64,000 nt of DNA from Salinisphaera sp. (GCF_035690525.1 NZ_DASSKM010000085.1:5952-69951), one strand, 5' to 3'. Shown: positions 47,358 to 57,616, counted from the first letter of the stretch. The notes: a model not told the origin generated them from the sequence alone. Numbers and translations: made by a program.

Positions 47358-48455
47358 ATGCCTGCCATTATCGACGCTATTGAATATGCACTGCCGGCGC
47401 GCACTGAATCGATCGAAGACCTCGCTGCGCGTTTTCCCGACTGGCCGCTGGATCAGGTCATTGAAAAAACCGGCATTCGGACACGGCGTATCGCCGCCGA
47501 TGAGGAATGCGCCTCTGATCTCGGCTTGACCGCAGCGCAGTTATTACTCGAAAACAGCGATACCGCGGTCGACGACATCGATTTTCTGATCTTTTGTACG
47601 CAGACGCCCGATTACCTGGCGCCGACGACCGCTTGCCTTGTTCAGCAGCGGCTTGGGCTCGGCACGCACACCGGCGCTCTGGACATCAACCTCGGCTGCT
47701 CGGGCTATATCTACTCGCTCGGCGTGGCCAAAGCCCTGATCGAGTCGGGGCAAGCCCGTCGACTGTTGCTCATCACGGCCGACACCTATAGCAAATTTAT
47801 CGACCCCGACGATCGGGGTGTCCGCGCGCTGTTCGGCGACGCCGCCGCGGCCACGCTGCTTTCGTATCACGACGACGACGACGGCGGCGGCGACGCTCCG
47901 ACCATCGGACCGTTCATTTACGGCACCGACGGCAGTGGTGGTCCGGAGTTAATCGTACCCAGCAGCGGCATGCGATACCCGCGGCCGGCCGCTGCCACTC
48001 AGGAATACATCGACCACCGCGGCAATAAGCGCAGCGCGCATAAAATCGTCATGAACGGGCGTGCCGTGGTGGAATTCACGCTACGCGAAGTGCCCCGCGC
48101 CGTCTGGCAAGTCTGCGATAAGGGCGGGATCACCCTCGACGACGTGGATGCCGTAGTGCCCCATCAGGCGAGCGCGATCGTACTAAAGGGTGTCCGTGAA
48201 CGGCTCGGCCTGCCAGACGCGCGCTTCATAAGCTGCATGGAAGATATCGGCAACACTGTCTCCTGCAGCATACCGATCGCACTCAAGCGCGCGGTGCTCT
48301 CGGGCCAAATCAAGCCAGGCGCGCTTTTGCTGCTCGTCGGCTTCGGTGTCGGGTTGTCGTGGGGCGCCACGCTCGTGCGTCTGCCGCTGGATTTCGCACC
48401 CTTGGCAACAAACGAAGCGCGACATGATGAGCATCTAGCCAGCGAACCGGTTTGA
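47358..48455 (+). CDS. 3-oxoacyl-ACP synthase III (FabH-like) condensing enzyme
   Basis: DINLGCSGY (Cys), LFGD.AAA, PHQAS (His), GNT.S.SIP (Asn), GFGVGLSWG. Confidence 0.88.
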   Translation: MPAIIDAIEYALPARTESIEDLAARFPDWPLDQVIEKTGIRTRRIAADEECASDLGLTAAQLLLENSDTAVDDIDFLIFCTQTPDYLAPTTACLVQQRLGLGTHTGALDINLGCSGYIYSLGVAKALIESGQARRLLLITADTYSKFIDPDDRGVRALFGDAAAATLLSYHDDDDGGGDAPTIGPFIYGTDGSGGPELIVPSSGMRYPRPAAATQEYIDHRGNKRSAHKIVMNGRAVVEFTLREVPRAVWQVCDKGGITLDDVDAVVPHQASAIVLKGVRERLGLPDARFISCMEDIGNTVSCSIPIALKRAVLSGQIKPGALLLLVGFGVGLSWGATLVRLPLDFAPLATNEARHDEHLASEPV

Positions 48456-48569
48456 TTAACGTGAAACAAAGGCAGACACAACCCTGCCTCAAAGTTTTTT
48501 TTTCGGGCGCTCTGCCACGTTATGGCCGTTCCATACAGCTTATAGGTATGAAACGGCTGAGAGGGAAAA

Positions 48570-49313
48570 ATGCGAAGCATGAAAGGCAAAAGTGCAATCG
48601 TAACCGGCGGATCGCGCGGCATCGGCGAGTACATCGCACTGCAATTGGCACGCCGCGGCGCCAATGTCGCTATCGGCTATCGCTCGCGCAAGGCCGAGGC
48701 GGATAGCGTCGTCAACAAAATGAAAGCACAGAGCGTGAAAGCCATGGCAATTCAGGCCGATATGGCCCAGATGCAGGAAGCGCGCACTTTGATCAAGCAG
48801 GTGAATGAGCAATGGGGCCATATTGATATTCTGATCAACAATGCCGGCATCACGCGCGACAAAACCATGAAGAAGCTGACCGACGAAGATTGGAAAGCCG
48901 TATTGGATACCAATCTTGGCAGCGTGTACGCCACCTGCTCGGAAGTATGGCCGATCATGATCGAACAAAATTACGGGCGCATCATCAACATCACCTCGTT
49001 CGTCGGTCAGATCGGCAATTTCGGCCAAGCGAACTATGCGGCGAGCAAGGGCGGCATCATCGCGTTCACGAAGACGATGGCGCTGGAAATGGCCCGTTAC
49101 AATATCACCGTGAACGCGATCGCACCCGGCTTCGTCGAAACCGAGATGCTGGCCCAGGTCCCGGATAAAATCCGCGAAAAAATACTGGCGCGGGTGCCTA
49201 TGGGTCGCTTTGCGCACCCCGATGAAATCGCCCGCGCGGTGGCGTTCATCGCCGCGGAAGGCGACTACATCACCGGTCAGCAGATTAATGTCAACGGCGG
49301 CGTTTATATGTGA
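48570..49313 (+). CDS. phaB: Acetoacetyl-CoA reductase / beta-ketoacyl reductase (SDR)
   Basis: TGGSRGIG, NNAGITRD, GRIINI.S..GQ.GNFGQ.NYAASK; located in the PHA cluster. Confidence 0.78.
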   Translation: MRSMKGKSAIVTGGSRGIGEYIALQLARRGANVAIGYRSRKAEADSVVNKMKAQSVKAMAIQADMAQMQEARTLIKQVNEQWGHIDILINNAGITRDKTMKKLTDEDWKAVLDTNLGSVYATCSEVWPIMIEQNYGRIINITSFVGQIGNFGQANYAASKGGIIAFTKTMALEMARYNITVNAIAPGFVETEMLAQVPDKIREKILARVPMGRFAHPDEIARAVAFIAAEGDYITGQQINVNGGVYM

Positions 49314-49457
49314 TTTTAGGCACACTTGGGCGAAACTAACCGCTTTGCGACAGTTCATTTAATATGAATTCGGACGCGATAAAATAGAGCGACGTATTCT
49401 TATTTTCGTTTATTTCTCATTCAAAATATATGGTTAGCGCTGCTGTCGGGACTGGGA

Positions 49458-50240
49458 ATGAATGTTGAAGATAAAGTGATCGTAATTACTGGGGCTGGGC
49501 GGGGCCTTGGCCGGGCCATTGCGCAAACATTGGCAGCCAACGCAGCCCGTCTGGCGCTGGTGGATATAAACGAAGAAAGTCTGACGCAGGCCGGGGCGGC
49601 CTGCCAGGACGCCGGCGCGCAGACCCGAACATATCCTGTAGACGTCACCGATGAGCGGGCCGTAGAACAGCTTTTCAACGATGTAGCCGGCGATTTCGGC
49701 CAAATTGACGGTCTGGTCAACAACGCCGGCGTCACCCGGGATGCGCTGTTGGTCAAGGTCAAGGACGGGAATGTCACCGGCAAGATGTCGTCCGAGGACT
49801 GGGATACGGTCATGGCGGTCGACTTGCGCAGCGTTTTTCTATGCACGCGGGAGGCGGTGGTCAAGATGATCGAGCGAGGCTCTGCCGAGCGTGCGCCCGG
49901 AGGGAGCGGTCTCATCGTCAACATTTCCAGCATATCGCGCGCCGGAAATATCGGACAGACCAATTACGCCGCGGCCAAGGCCGGCGTGGTCGCGATGACG
50001 ACAACCTGGGCCGGGGAGCTCGCACGCCACGGTATTCGCGTGGCCGCTGTCGCGCCGGGCTTCTGCAACACCCGGTTAGTCGCCAACATGAAAGAGAATA
50101 TGCGCGAAAGGCTGAAAGAGAAGATTCCGCTGAAACGGTTGGGCGATCCCGACGAAATCGGCCAAACGGTCCTTTTCATTTTTCAAAACGAGTTTGTCCA
50201 TGGGCGGGTGATCGAAGTCGATGGCGGAATGCGGCTTTAG
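49458..50240 (+). CDS. SDR oxidoreductase (FabG-like)
   Basis: TGAGRGLG, NNAG+TRD.LL+K, NISSISRAGN.GQ.NYAAAK. Confidence 0.85.
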   Translation: MNVEDKVIVITGAGRGLGRAIAQTLAANAARLALVDINEESLTQAGAACQDAGAQTRTYPVDVTDERAVEQLFNDVAGDFGQIDGLVNNAGVTRDALLVKVKDGNVTGKMSSEDWDTVMAVDLRSVFLCTREAVVKMIERGSAERAPGGSGLIVNISSISRAGNIGQTNYAAAKAGVVAMTTTWAGELARHGIRVAAVAPGFCNTRLVANMKENMRERLKEKIPLKRLGDPDEIGQTVLFIFQNEFVHGRVIEVDGGMRL

Positions 50241-50378
50241 GGTGCGCTATCAACTTGGCATTAAAATAGATAACGTGCTGGGTTGATCAACAGCGCTGGG
50301 CCGATTTAGCTTTAAGATTTGCTCTTGTCTATTCGAACCGCGGCAACGCAGCGGCCAAACCGGCGAGTGCCCAGCGTG

Positions 50379-50825
50379 TCAGGATTTCGGGCCGCTACCG
50401 GGCGGATCATCCCCGCGCATTAGCTGTGTCCACCAGCTCAGACTGTCCTGGGTGTAGGTCTGCCATGCCTTGATTGGGCCAGTTTCCACGAGCTTGCCGA
50501 CCCGAGATTGCATCTGCTCGATCTGGTACATGAACAGCGCAACGCTACGCTCGAGATAGGGTGTCATGTAACCGTGCAGCGGATGATCGTGCAACCGGAT
50601 CAGATCAGTGAGCAGACGCTCACTCAGGATCGGCCCACCCTCGGCCTCCGCCTCGCTAACGACCTGCAACAACAGGCTACGCGTGATGTCTTCGCCGCTG
50701 TTCTTGTCTTCTACGCGAATATCGTCTCCGGACACAATCAGCGAGCGCAGATCGGAGAGTTTGATGAAACGCCCGGTCTCGGTGTCGTACAGACGACGGT
50801 TGGGATATTTTCGAATTGTGCGCAT
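50379..50825 (-). CDS. phaR: PHA synthesis repressor
   Basis: IRKYPNRRLYDT....+I.L.D+..L+, D..+GEDITRS+LLQ++.E.E; start at ATG 50825. Confidence 0.9.
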   Translation of the reverse strand: MRTIRKYPNRRLYDTETGRFIKLSDLRSLIVSGDDIRVEDKNSGEDITRSLLLQVVSEAEAEGGPILSERLLTDLIRLHDHPLHGYMTPYLERSVALFMYQIEQMQSRVGKLVETGPIKAWQTYTQDSLSWWTQLMRGDDPPGSGPKS

Positions 50826-50850
50826 GGGCGAATTATCCCGTTCTCGTCTT

Positions 50851-50859
50851 TGCAACGCA
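50851..50859. promoter_or_regulatory. Putative PhaR box upstream of phaR
   Basis: TGCAACGCA about 25 bp upstream of the phaR start; same TGC-N3-GCA pattern as the phasin boxes. Confidence 0.45.
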
Positions 50860-50940
50860 AAAAGTAGCGAAGCCGCTGTGGCACCACGCCGCCCACAGGC
50901 GGCACGGGCACACCCATGAAATAGGCCTATCAAAAGCCCA

Positions 50941-52698
50941 CTATTGTTGAAATACGTAGGTGCCGGGCGCATCGGACAGGGCCTCGCCTATCGCTGGCGG
51001 TTCTACCTTGTTTCCGGAGTACGATTTGAGCCAATTTTGCCAAGCCGGCCACCACGACCCCTTCACCGGCGCGGTCCGAGCGATCCATTCGTCGGCCGAA
51101 AGAAAATGCTCACGGCGTTGGCGCGTGAACATGCGATAATGACGGCGCGGATGACCGGGCGGAGTCACGATGCCGGCATTATGGCCCCCGCTGGTTAGCA
51201 GAAAGGTCAGCTCCCTGGGTTCGGCCAACAACTCGATTTTGTAAACCGAGCGCCAAGGGGCGATGTGATCCCGCTCGGTGCCGACCGAAAAAATAGGAAC
51301 CTCGATATCCCGCAGCGCGATTGGCCTGCCTTCGACCTCGTACTGACCATCAGCGAGCTGGTTATGCAGATAGAGCCGATTCAGGTATTCGGCATGCATC
51401 CGATAGGGCATGCGCGTGGCATCAGCGTTCCAGGCCATGAGGCCGATACCCGGTTGATCCTGGCCCAGCCAATAGTTGTTGATCAGCGGTTGCCATACCA
51501 AATCATTGGCGCGCAGCAATTTGAAGGCTCCGGCCATCTTGGTTTTGTCCAGATAGCCTTGCTTCCACATCAAGCCGTCCAGCCAGCTGAGTTGGGAGTC
51601 GTTAATGAACAGCCGAAGTTCGCCGGGCTCGGTAAAATCGGTTTGCGCTGCCAACAAGCTAAGCGTCGCCAAACGGTCGTCGCCATCACGAGCCATGGCA
51701 GCGGCCGTGATCGCCATTAGCGTGCCGCCGACGCAATAGCCCATTGCGTGTATCTTGCGTTCTGGCACACGAGTGTTGACCGCTTCCAGCGCCGCCAGCG
51801 GCCCCAGCCGACGGTAGTCATCCATATCCAGGTCACGATCCGTCCGATCCGGATTCTTCCAGGAAATGATAAACACCGTGTGGCCCTGATCCAGCAGATA
51901 GCGCACCATGGACTTGCCTTCCGACAGATCCAATATGTAGTACTTCATGATCCAGGCCGGCACAATCAACACCGGCTCCGGATGTACGCGGGCGGTCGTC
52001 GGTGTGTATTGGATCAGCTCGATAAGACGATTGCGATACACCACCTTGCCTTCAGTGGTGGCGAGATTGACGCCTACCTTGAAATCTTCCAGCGACTTAG
52101 GACGCCGACCTTTCCGGTAGCGATCGATGTCGCGTACCAAATGGCCCGCGCCACGCAGCAGATTGAAACCGTTGGCTTCCCATGTAGCGCGCCATACTTC
52201 CGGATTGGTCAGAGGAAAGTTATAGGGCGAAACGCTGTCGACGGCCAAGCGTGTATAAAAGCGTACCAAGTTCTCATTGCGATCGGACAAACCGCTGACA
52301 TTAGCCGTGGCCTGGGTCCACCAATATCGCCGCAGCAGGTAGTGCTGCTCGATGAGCGAAAACGGCAGTTGCCGCCAGCCGGCGTCCGTAAAACGCCGGT
52401 CGTCCGGGTCCGGCTCGATCGCACGCGCCGCTTCTGTGTGCAGCAGGCTGCGCATGGCAAAACCGCCGAGCTGTGCGTACTGCCGAAACCACAGTTCGGA
52501 GAGCTGAGCCACCTTGCCTGGCGCCATACCCATATGGGTCAACCAATGGACATACGCCAATGCAATACGGCGCACATCCAGTCCTCTGGCGATCTGTCCC
52601 CACCGGGCTGCGGTTTCCCGATCGAGTTGCTCGGCGACCGCATCGCTGATAAAGCCGCCGCTTGGCGCCGGAAGCCCGCTTTTATCTGCATCCGCCAT
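50941..52698 (-). CDS. phaC: Polyhydroxyalkanoate synthase
   Basis: DPDDRRF, P.NFP.TNP, G.N+ATT.GKVV, P.WI.KYYILDL, lipase box GYCVGG, DHIAPW, GGHNAG, GSWWP.W. Confidence 0.93.
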   Translation of the reverse strand: MADADKSGLPAPSGGFISDAVAEQLDRETAARWGQIARGLDVRRIALAYVHWLTHMGMAPGKVAQLSELWFRQYAQLGGFAMRSLLHTEAARAIEPDPDDRRFTDAGWRQLPFSLIEQHYLLRRYWWTQATANVSGLSDRNENLVRFYTRLAVDSVSPYNFPLTNPEVWRATWEANGFNLLRGAGHLVRDIDRYRKGRRPKSLEDFKVGVNLATTEGKVVYRNRLIELIQYTPTTARVHPEPVLIVPAWIMKYYILDLSEGKSMVRYLLDQGHTVFIISWKNPDRTDRDLDMDDYRRLGPLAALEAVNTRVPERKIHAMGYCVGGTLMAITAAAMARDGDDRLATLSLLAAQTDFTEPGELRLFINDSQLSWLDGLMWKQGYLDKTKMAGAFKLLRANDLVWQPLINNYWLGQDQPGIGLMAWNADATRMPYRMHAEYLNRLYLHNQLADGQYEVEGRPIALRDIEVPIFSVGTERDHIAPWRSVYKIELLAEPRELTFLLTSGGHNAGIVTPPGHPRRHYRMFTRQRREHFLSADEWIARTAPVKGSWWPAWQNWLKSYSGNKVEPPAIGEALSDAPGTYVFQQ

Positions 52699-52831
52699 TT
52701 TTAGACAGCCTTGTTTTGCCGTACTGTTATTGTGCGCGTAAAACCATTAAAAACAGATAGGGGGATGCCCGTTTTTAGAAAAAACCCGCCGGCACGGCCA
52801 TCGAGCCATGCCGACGGGCCGATTCACATAC

Positions 52832-53395
52832 TCAGACGCTTCCGCCAGCGGCTTTTTTGCTCTTCGACGAGGCGGTCTGTGCGTCGTCGGCTTTTTGGGC
52901 TTGCGCAGCGACGCCCTGGTCGGCTTTTTCAGCTTGCGCAGCGGCGCCCTGGTTGGCCCTTTCAGCTTGCGCCGTGGCGTCCTGGTTGGCTCTTTCGGCT
53001 TGCGCAGCGGCCTGCTGATAGGCTTGCGCGCTCGCACCAGCAGCCGTATCCGTCGCTTCTCGGCCGATAGCCATCATACGATCCCGCGTGTGCTCGGCGT
53101 TTTGGCGCAATGCTTCGCCATAGCGCAGGCTCGCATTATAGTAGTCGGACGAAGCGCCCGTCTCACGAAACAGCCCGGTCGCGTCGTTGCTCGTCTGCAG
53201 CGACTCCATCTGTCGCCGGCCGATCTCCAGGCAGGAACGATTAAACTCGTACTGGTCTTTGGCCAGCTGATTCAGGCTGTCGATAGCCACTTCGCTGCTG
53301 CGCACAGCGGATTCCATCATCTTCTGGTTGGCATCGAACATCGACTTGAATTCATTTTGAAACCGCTCGGGCTGCTGCTTTCTCTGCTCTTCCAT
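52832..53395 (-). CDS. phaP: Phasin-like granule protein with Ala/Gln repeat tail
   Basis: Helical amphipathic sequence directly upstream of phaC, preceded by PhaR-type boxes. Confidence 0.65.
   Translation of the reverse strand: MEEQRKQQPERFQNEFKSMFDANQKMMESAVRSSEVAIDSLNQLAKDQYEFNRSCLEIGRRQMESLQTSNDATGLFRETGASSDYYNASLRYGEALRQNAEHTRDRMMAIGREATDTAAGASAQAYQQAAAQAERANQDATAQAERANQGAAAQAEKADQGVAAQAQKADDAQTASSKSKKAAGGSV
52887..53018 (-). repeat. 4 x 33-nt in-frame tandem repeat (Q.AAAQAE.A.)
   Basis: Units start at 52887, 52920, 52953 and 52986. Confidence 0.88.
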
Positions 53396-53431
53396 GTCGC
53401 TCACCGTTGTTAAACTGGTTAATAAATGACT

Positions 53432-53524
53432 TATTTTGCAGTGCAAAATAAGCAACGATGTGATTATGCGATTCAGTATGGCGTCTTTCAAGGGACGAAT
53501 ACAGAATATTTTGCAGTGCGATTA
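53432..53524. promoter_or_regulatory. Two putative PhaR boxes upstream of the phasin
   Basis: Palindrome TATTTTGCA-G-TGCAAAATA (53432-50) and near copy TATTTTGCAGTGCGATT (about 53508-24). Confidence 0.65.
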
Positions 53525-53650
53525 GTCGTCTCTCTTTTCCTCCGGAGTCGGGATGCGAACGGCCTTATGGTTGTTCGCTTTCAAGAGTTTTTTGAGTCTT
53601 GTGCGCGACATACCACACGCGGCGGGCCGGCCTTACCGAGCCGAGCGGGA

Positions 53651-54421
53651 TCAGTTCATGTACCAGCCATGACTGGCGACGATCGATTGACCGGTAAGCG
53701 CGTTGGACGGGAAAGCGGCGAGAAAAACCGCCACCTCGGCGATATCCGAAGCCTGCGTGAACTCTTTATCGACGGTGCCGCCCAGCATGATCTGATTGCG
53801 AACTTCGTCTTCCGAAATGCCGAGATTCTCGGCCTGTTCGGGGATCTGTTTTTTCACCATCGGCGTCTCGACGAAGCCCGGACAGATGAGATTGGAACGC
53901 ACGCCGTAATCCGCGCCTTCGATTGCCATGACCCGTGTCAGACCCAGCAGGCCGTGCTTGGCCGTGACATAAGCGGACTTCAGCGCCGAAGCCTCCTTGG
54001 AGTGCACCGAGCCCATATAGATCAAGGAGCCCGACTTTTGCTTGTACATATGCCGGATACAAGCCTTGGTGGTCAGAAACGCACCGTCCAGATGGATCGA
54101 CGTGAGTTTTTTCCATTCATCAAACGGAAAATCCTCGAGCCGGTGCACGATCTGCACACCGGCGTTGGACAGCAGCCCGTCGATCCGGCCCCAGCGCTTG
54201 GCAACCTCGTCAACTCCGGCGTTGACCGAATCTTCGTCGGTCACGTCCATGGTCACGGCGATCGTCTGGTCGCCCAGTTCATTGGCTGCTTCTTCGGCTT
54301 TGTCCTTGTCAACGTCGGCGATGGCCACACGGCCGTCGGCCTCGACGAAACGTTTTGCGATCGCATAGCCGATGCCGCTGGCCGCGCCAGTGATCACGGT
54401 AACCTTGCCGTCTAGATTCAT
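53651..54421 (-). CDS. bdhA: D-3-hydroxybutyrate dehydrogenase
   Basis: TGAASGIG, SNAG+Q.V, MGSVHS.EAS.LKSAYV.AKHG, CPGFV.TP+V.KQIPEQA; start ATG 54421. Confidence 0.9.
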   Translation of the reverse strand: MNLDGKVTVITGAASGIGYAIAKRFVEADGRVAIADVDKDKAEEAANELGDQTIAVTMDVTDEDSVNAGVDEVAKRWGRIDGLLSNAGVQIVHRLEDFPFDEWKKLTSIHLDGAFLTTKACIRHMYKQKSGSLIYMGSVHSKEASALKSAYVTAKHGLLGLTRVMAIEGADYGVRSNLICPGFVETPMVKKQIPEQAENLGISEDEVRNQIMLGGTVDKEFTQASDIAEVAVFLAAFPSNALTGQSIVASHGWYMN

Positions 54422-54462
54422 GGGTTTTCTCCTTCGAGAATTGGTTCGGGCCCTTTGTGCGT

Positions 54463-55632
54463 TCAACTCATATCGAAAATCCGGATGCCCGCCTTGTGAT
54501 CCGTGCGGGGCGGCAGCCATTTCGGATTGGTCAGGGCATGGCCAGCATCAGCACGTCCGGCACGCCAGTGATCGATCATGGAGGCGCGCGAAAACTCATA
54601 GTCGCGAGCGTGGGTTTCGTTGCGCTTTTCCTTGTAGATCAAATGCACCAAGCTGACGCTGCGCCAGTGCCCGAGATCGATGTACTCGGTGAGCTCGGAA
54701 TCGTTGAGCGCCTCCTCCGGCAAGCGCTCGGTCAGTTTCGCAATGGCCTCGCGCAGTTGGAACTCGCGTTGGAAAAACTCGGTATTCAAGCGGGTACGGC
54801 TCGAATAGACGATATCCTTACGCCGGGCTTCGACCTCGAACAGATTACGTGGCGCCGCGCCGCGCGCGTCCCATAGATCCACCTGAAAGATCAGCACATG
54901 GTTGAGAACAGGCATCGCCTTGAGCACGTAGGACAGTTGTGTATTCGAGGTCAGGCCGCCGTCCCAGTACAGTCGACCGTCGACTTCCGTAGGCGGAAAA
55001 CCCGGCGGCAACGAGCCGCTGGCCAGCACATGCTCGGGGCCGATACGGCGCTTGGTGTTGTCGAAACATTCGAAATTGCCTTTCTCGACATCGACCGCGC
55101 CCAGCGTCAGCCGCAGGTCGCCGTGGTTGATGCGTTCGAAATCCACCAACTCTTCAAGCGTATCGAGCAGAGGGCTGGTGTCATAGAAACTCGTCGAGCC
55201 GTTCGCGCCGCGCGGGCGCAGCAGCGGCGAGGGGATTCGCGGCCGAAAGAAGCTGGGCAGACCGAATGTCATGACGCCGAGCGAATTCAAAGTGTTGAAT
55301 AGGCGCCGCGGCAAATCGCCATCCGGCGCGGGCCAGTTGAAAGTCCGAGTGATTCGTTGCCAAAAAGCGCGCAGCTTGGCCGCGCGTTCTTCCGGCGGAT
55401 TGCCGACGATGATGGCGGCGTTGATCGCGCCTATGGAAATACCGGCGACCCAGTCCGGCGCATAACCGCCTTCGGCCAGGGTCTCGTAAGCGCCAGCCTG
55501 ATAAGCGCCCAGCGCGCCACCGCCTTGGAGCAGCAAGACGGTTTTATCGTAGTGCTCCTGCTCCGCCGGTTTCTCGTGTAACGCTTTTCGTCGCGGCTTT
55601 GCCGAAGCCATAGATGAAGTCCGTTGGGCCAA
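54463..55632 (-). CDS. Patatin-like phospholipase family protein
   Basis: LQGGGALGAYQAG, G.SIG (GxSxG), ASGSLPPGFP, YWDGG, C-terminal +DYEFSR.SM..HW.AG. Confidence 0.9.
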   Translation of the reverse strand: MAQRTSSMASAKPRRKALHEKPAEQEHYDKTVLLLQGGGALGAYQAGAYETLAEGGYAPDWVAGISIGAINAAIIVGNPPEERAAKLRAFWQRITRTFNWPAPDGDLPRRLFNTLNSLGVMTFGLPSFFRPRIPSPLLRPRGANGSTSFYDTSPLLDTLEELVDFERINHGDLRLTLGAVDVEKGNFECFDNTKRRIGPEHVLASGSLPPGFPPTEVDGRLYWDGGLTSNTQLSYVLKAMPVLNHVLIFQVDLWDARGAAPRNLFEVEARRKDIVYSSRTRLNTEFFQREFQLREAIAKLTERLPEEALNDSELTEYIDLGHWRSVSLVHLIYKEKRNETHARDYEFSRASMIDHWRAGRADAGHALTNPKWLPPRTDHKAGIRIFDMS

Positions 55633-55686
55633 TAATATAAAGCGATCAGCGCGCTCGCGCGTCGCGCGTTTTTTAATCCAACGCCG

Positions 55687-56427
55687 CTACGCCAGATAAT
55701 CGTGCACGACTTCACCGTATGGCAGCGTCAAATCGGTAAGGATATGAGTGGTGGAAACGATTTCCCGGACCGGAAAATGCGCGACCGGCGCGAGCGCGTG
55801 CTCGCCTAGTTCCAACGCGCCGGGCCCCGACCATGCGCCCTTGACGGTCAGATCCTCTATGGCGTACTCGACAAGCTCGCAGATCCGCGGTCTGGTGCCG
55901 TCGACGTGCGGGATGATCTTGAGTAGAAAACTGGGGCTGATCATCGATCGGTGTATTTCGTCCGCGTCCAGGGTTTCATGCTTATAGCCCATGGTGGCCG
56001 TGGCCACCCGGACATCTTGATAATCAAGCTTGCCGACGAGCGTGTCCTTGCGCAGCGACAGCGAGGGATTGGCCAGCTTCTTGGGGAAGCCCCAGATCTC
56101 GCGGCCGCCGGCGGTCGGCGCCTCGTCGTTGAGATACATGGCGTAGGAAAAGCCGCCGCTGCGCCCATTGAAGGTCACCGGTATCGTCTGGCCGCATTCG
56201 CAATAATCGCCGAAGCCTGTGGAGTTGGGCATGCGCATGAACTCGAAGCTGACTTTCGGCTCGGCGAGTTTCAATGGCGCGGGAATCGCCTGCTCGAGAC
56301 GCTCCGGGTCGCTCCAGTAAGTAACGATCAAGTACTCACGGTCAATGAACCGATAAGGTCCTCGCGGGTACGAAGGGCTGGCCAGAGGCATGGCAAACGC
56401 ATTACGGATAACTTCACTTTCGGTCAT
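55687..56427 (-). CDS. adc: Acetoacetate decarboxylase
   Basis: [31 protein letters not shown] (catalytic Lys), LK.IPHVDG. Confidence 0.9.
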   Translation of the reverse strand: MTESEVIRNAFAMPLASPSYPRGPYRFIDREYLIVTYWSDPERLEQAIPAPLKLAEPKVSFEFMRMPNSTGFGDYCECGQTIPVTFNGRSGGFSYAMYLNDEAPTAGGREIWGFPKKLANPSLSLRKDTLVGKLDYQDVRVATATMGYKHETLDADEIHRSMISPSFLLKIIPHVDGTRPRICELVEYAIEDLTVKGAWSGPGALELGEHALAPVAHFPVREIVSTTHILTDLTLPYGEVVHDYLA

Positions 56428-56736
56428 ACCATTAGCCCGTTTCTAGATCTGTGAGGCCACGCGCGTTCGCACGGCGCTACAAGTCAATACCAATAACTGA
56501 GCGGCGAGGGCGAGGCCCCTCCGCAGCTTGCTTGCGTAAGATTTGACCGTTTCAGTCGCGATCCGCTCGTCTATAATTTAGATTCTCGCGTCAGGATCGC
56601 GAATCAAATAAGTACTTATACGGTATGGGTATTCACGGGTCAGACACACGCGCAGTAATCGCCTCCAATCGCGAATCCGCATTCATCGGCGCGCGTGATA
56701 CGAGAGGAACCGATCGTCGGCGTTGACCGGTCCGAT

Positions 56737-56753
56737 ATTTGTGATCACAATTT
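56737..56753. promoter_or_regulatory. Palindromic operator upstream of puuD
   Basis: ATTTGTGATCACAATTT; second copy at 58926-58943. Confidence 0.7.
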
Positions 56754-56780
56754 ATTCGATTTTTGGTTTCAGGGTTACCC

Positions 56781-57569
56781 ATGTCTTCAAATCGCCCACG
56801 AATCGGCGTACCGGTCGACTGCAAGCTCATCGGCTCTGATCCGAGCCATGTGGTCGGCGAGAAATATCTCGCCGCGGTCGCGCATGCGGCCCGCACCGTG
56901 CCAATGGTGTTGCCCGCTCGCGCCGCCGGCGCGGAGCAGGCCTCGCTGGAGGCCCAGATCAGCGCCGACGACCAGCTCGCCGATCTCGACGGGCTGTTTT
57001 TGACCGGCAGCCCGTCGAATATGGAACCCTGGCGCTATGGCAGCGACGCCCCCGGCGTCGGCCCGTTCGATCCACAGCGCGACGGCAACAATCTCGCGCT
57101 GCTAGGGGCGGCGATGGCGCGCGATATGCCGATATTCACCGTCTGCCGCGGTTTTCAGGAACTCAACGTCGCCTGCGGCGGCACGCTGCACACGGCGGTC
57201 CAGGAGGTGCCCGGCCTGTCCGATCATCGCGACGATCACGACGCGCCGCGGGAACGCCGGTATGCGCCGGTGCATCCGGTGGCGCTGGCGGAAAACGGCT
57301 GGCTGGCCGAACTGCTCGACACGCACGAGATCACCGTCAATTCCCTGCACAGCCAGGGCATCGACCGGCTCGGTTCCGCCCTGATCGCCGAAGGGCAAGC
57401 GCCCGACGGCCTCATCGAAGCCGTACGACATCGCGATCACGGTTTCGTAGTCGGCGTGCAGTGGCACCCGGAGTGGCGCTACGGCGACAACCCGGTGTCG
57501 ATGGCGCTGTTCAACGCCTTCGGCGAAGCCTGCCGAGCCTTTCGTCAGCAACGGCTGAGCGGCGACTGA
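56781..57569 (+). CDS. puuD: Gamma-glutamyl-gamma-aminobutyrate hydrolase family (class I glutamine amidotransferase)
   Basis: DGLFLTGS.SN+.P..YG, +CRG.QE.NVA.GG.L, VNSLH.QG, VQWHPE. Confidence 0.87.
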   Translation: MSSNRPRIGVPVDCKLIGSDPSHVVGEKYLAAVAHAARTVPMVLPARAAGAEQASLEAQISADDQLADLDGLFLTGSPSNMEPWRYGSDAPGVGPFDPQRDGNNLALLGAAMARDMPIFTVCRGFQELNVACGGTLHTAVQEVPGLSDHRDDHDAPRERRYAPVHPVALAENGWLAELLDTHEITVNSLHSQGIDRLGSALIAEGQAPDGLIEAVRHRDHGFVVGVQWHPEWRYGDNPVSMALFNAFGEACRAFRQQRLSGD

Positions 57570-57616
57570 GCTAAGACCAAAGCGATGCGCAGCCGCCGCC
57601 GACCACACAAACAGCC

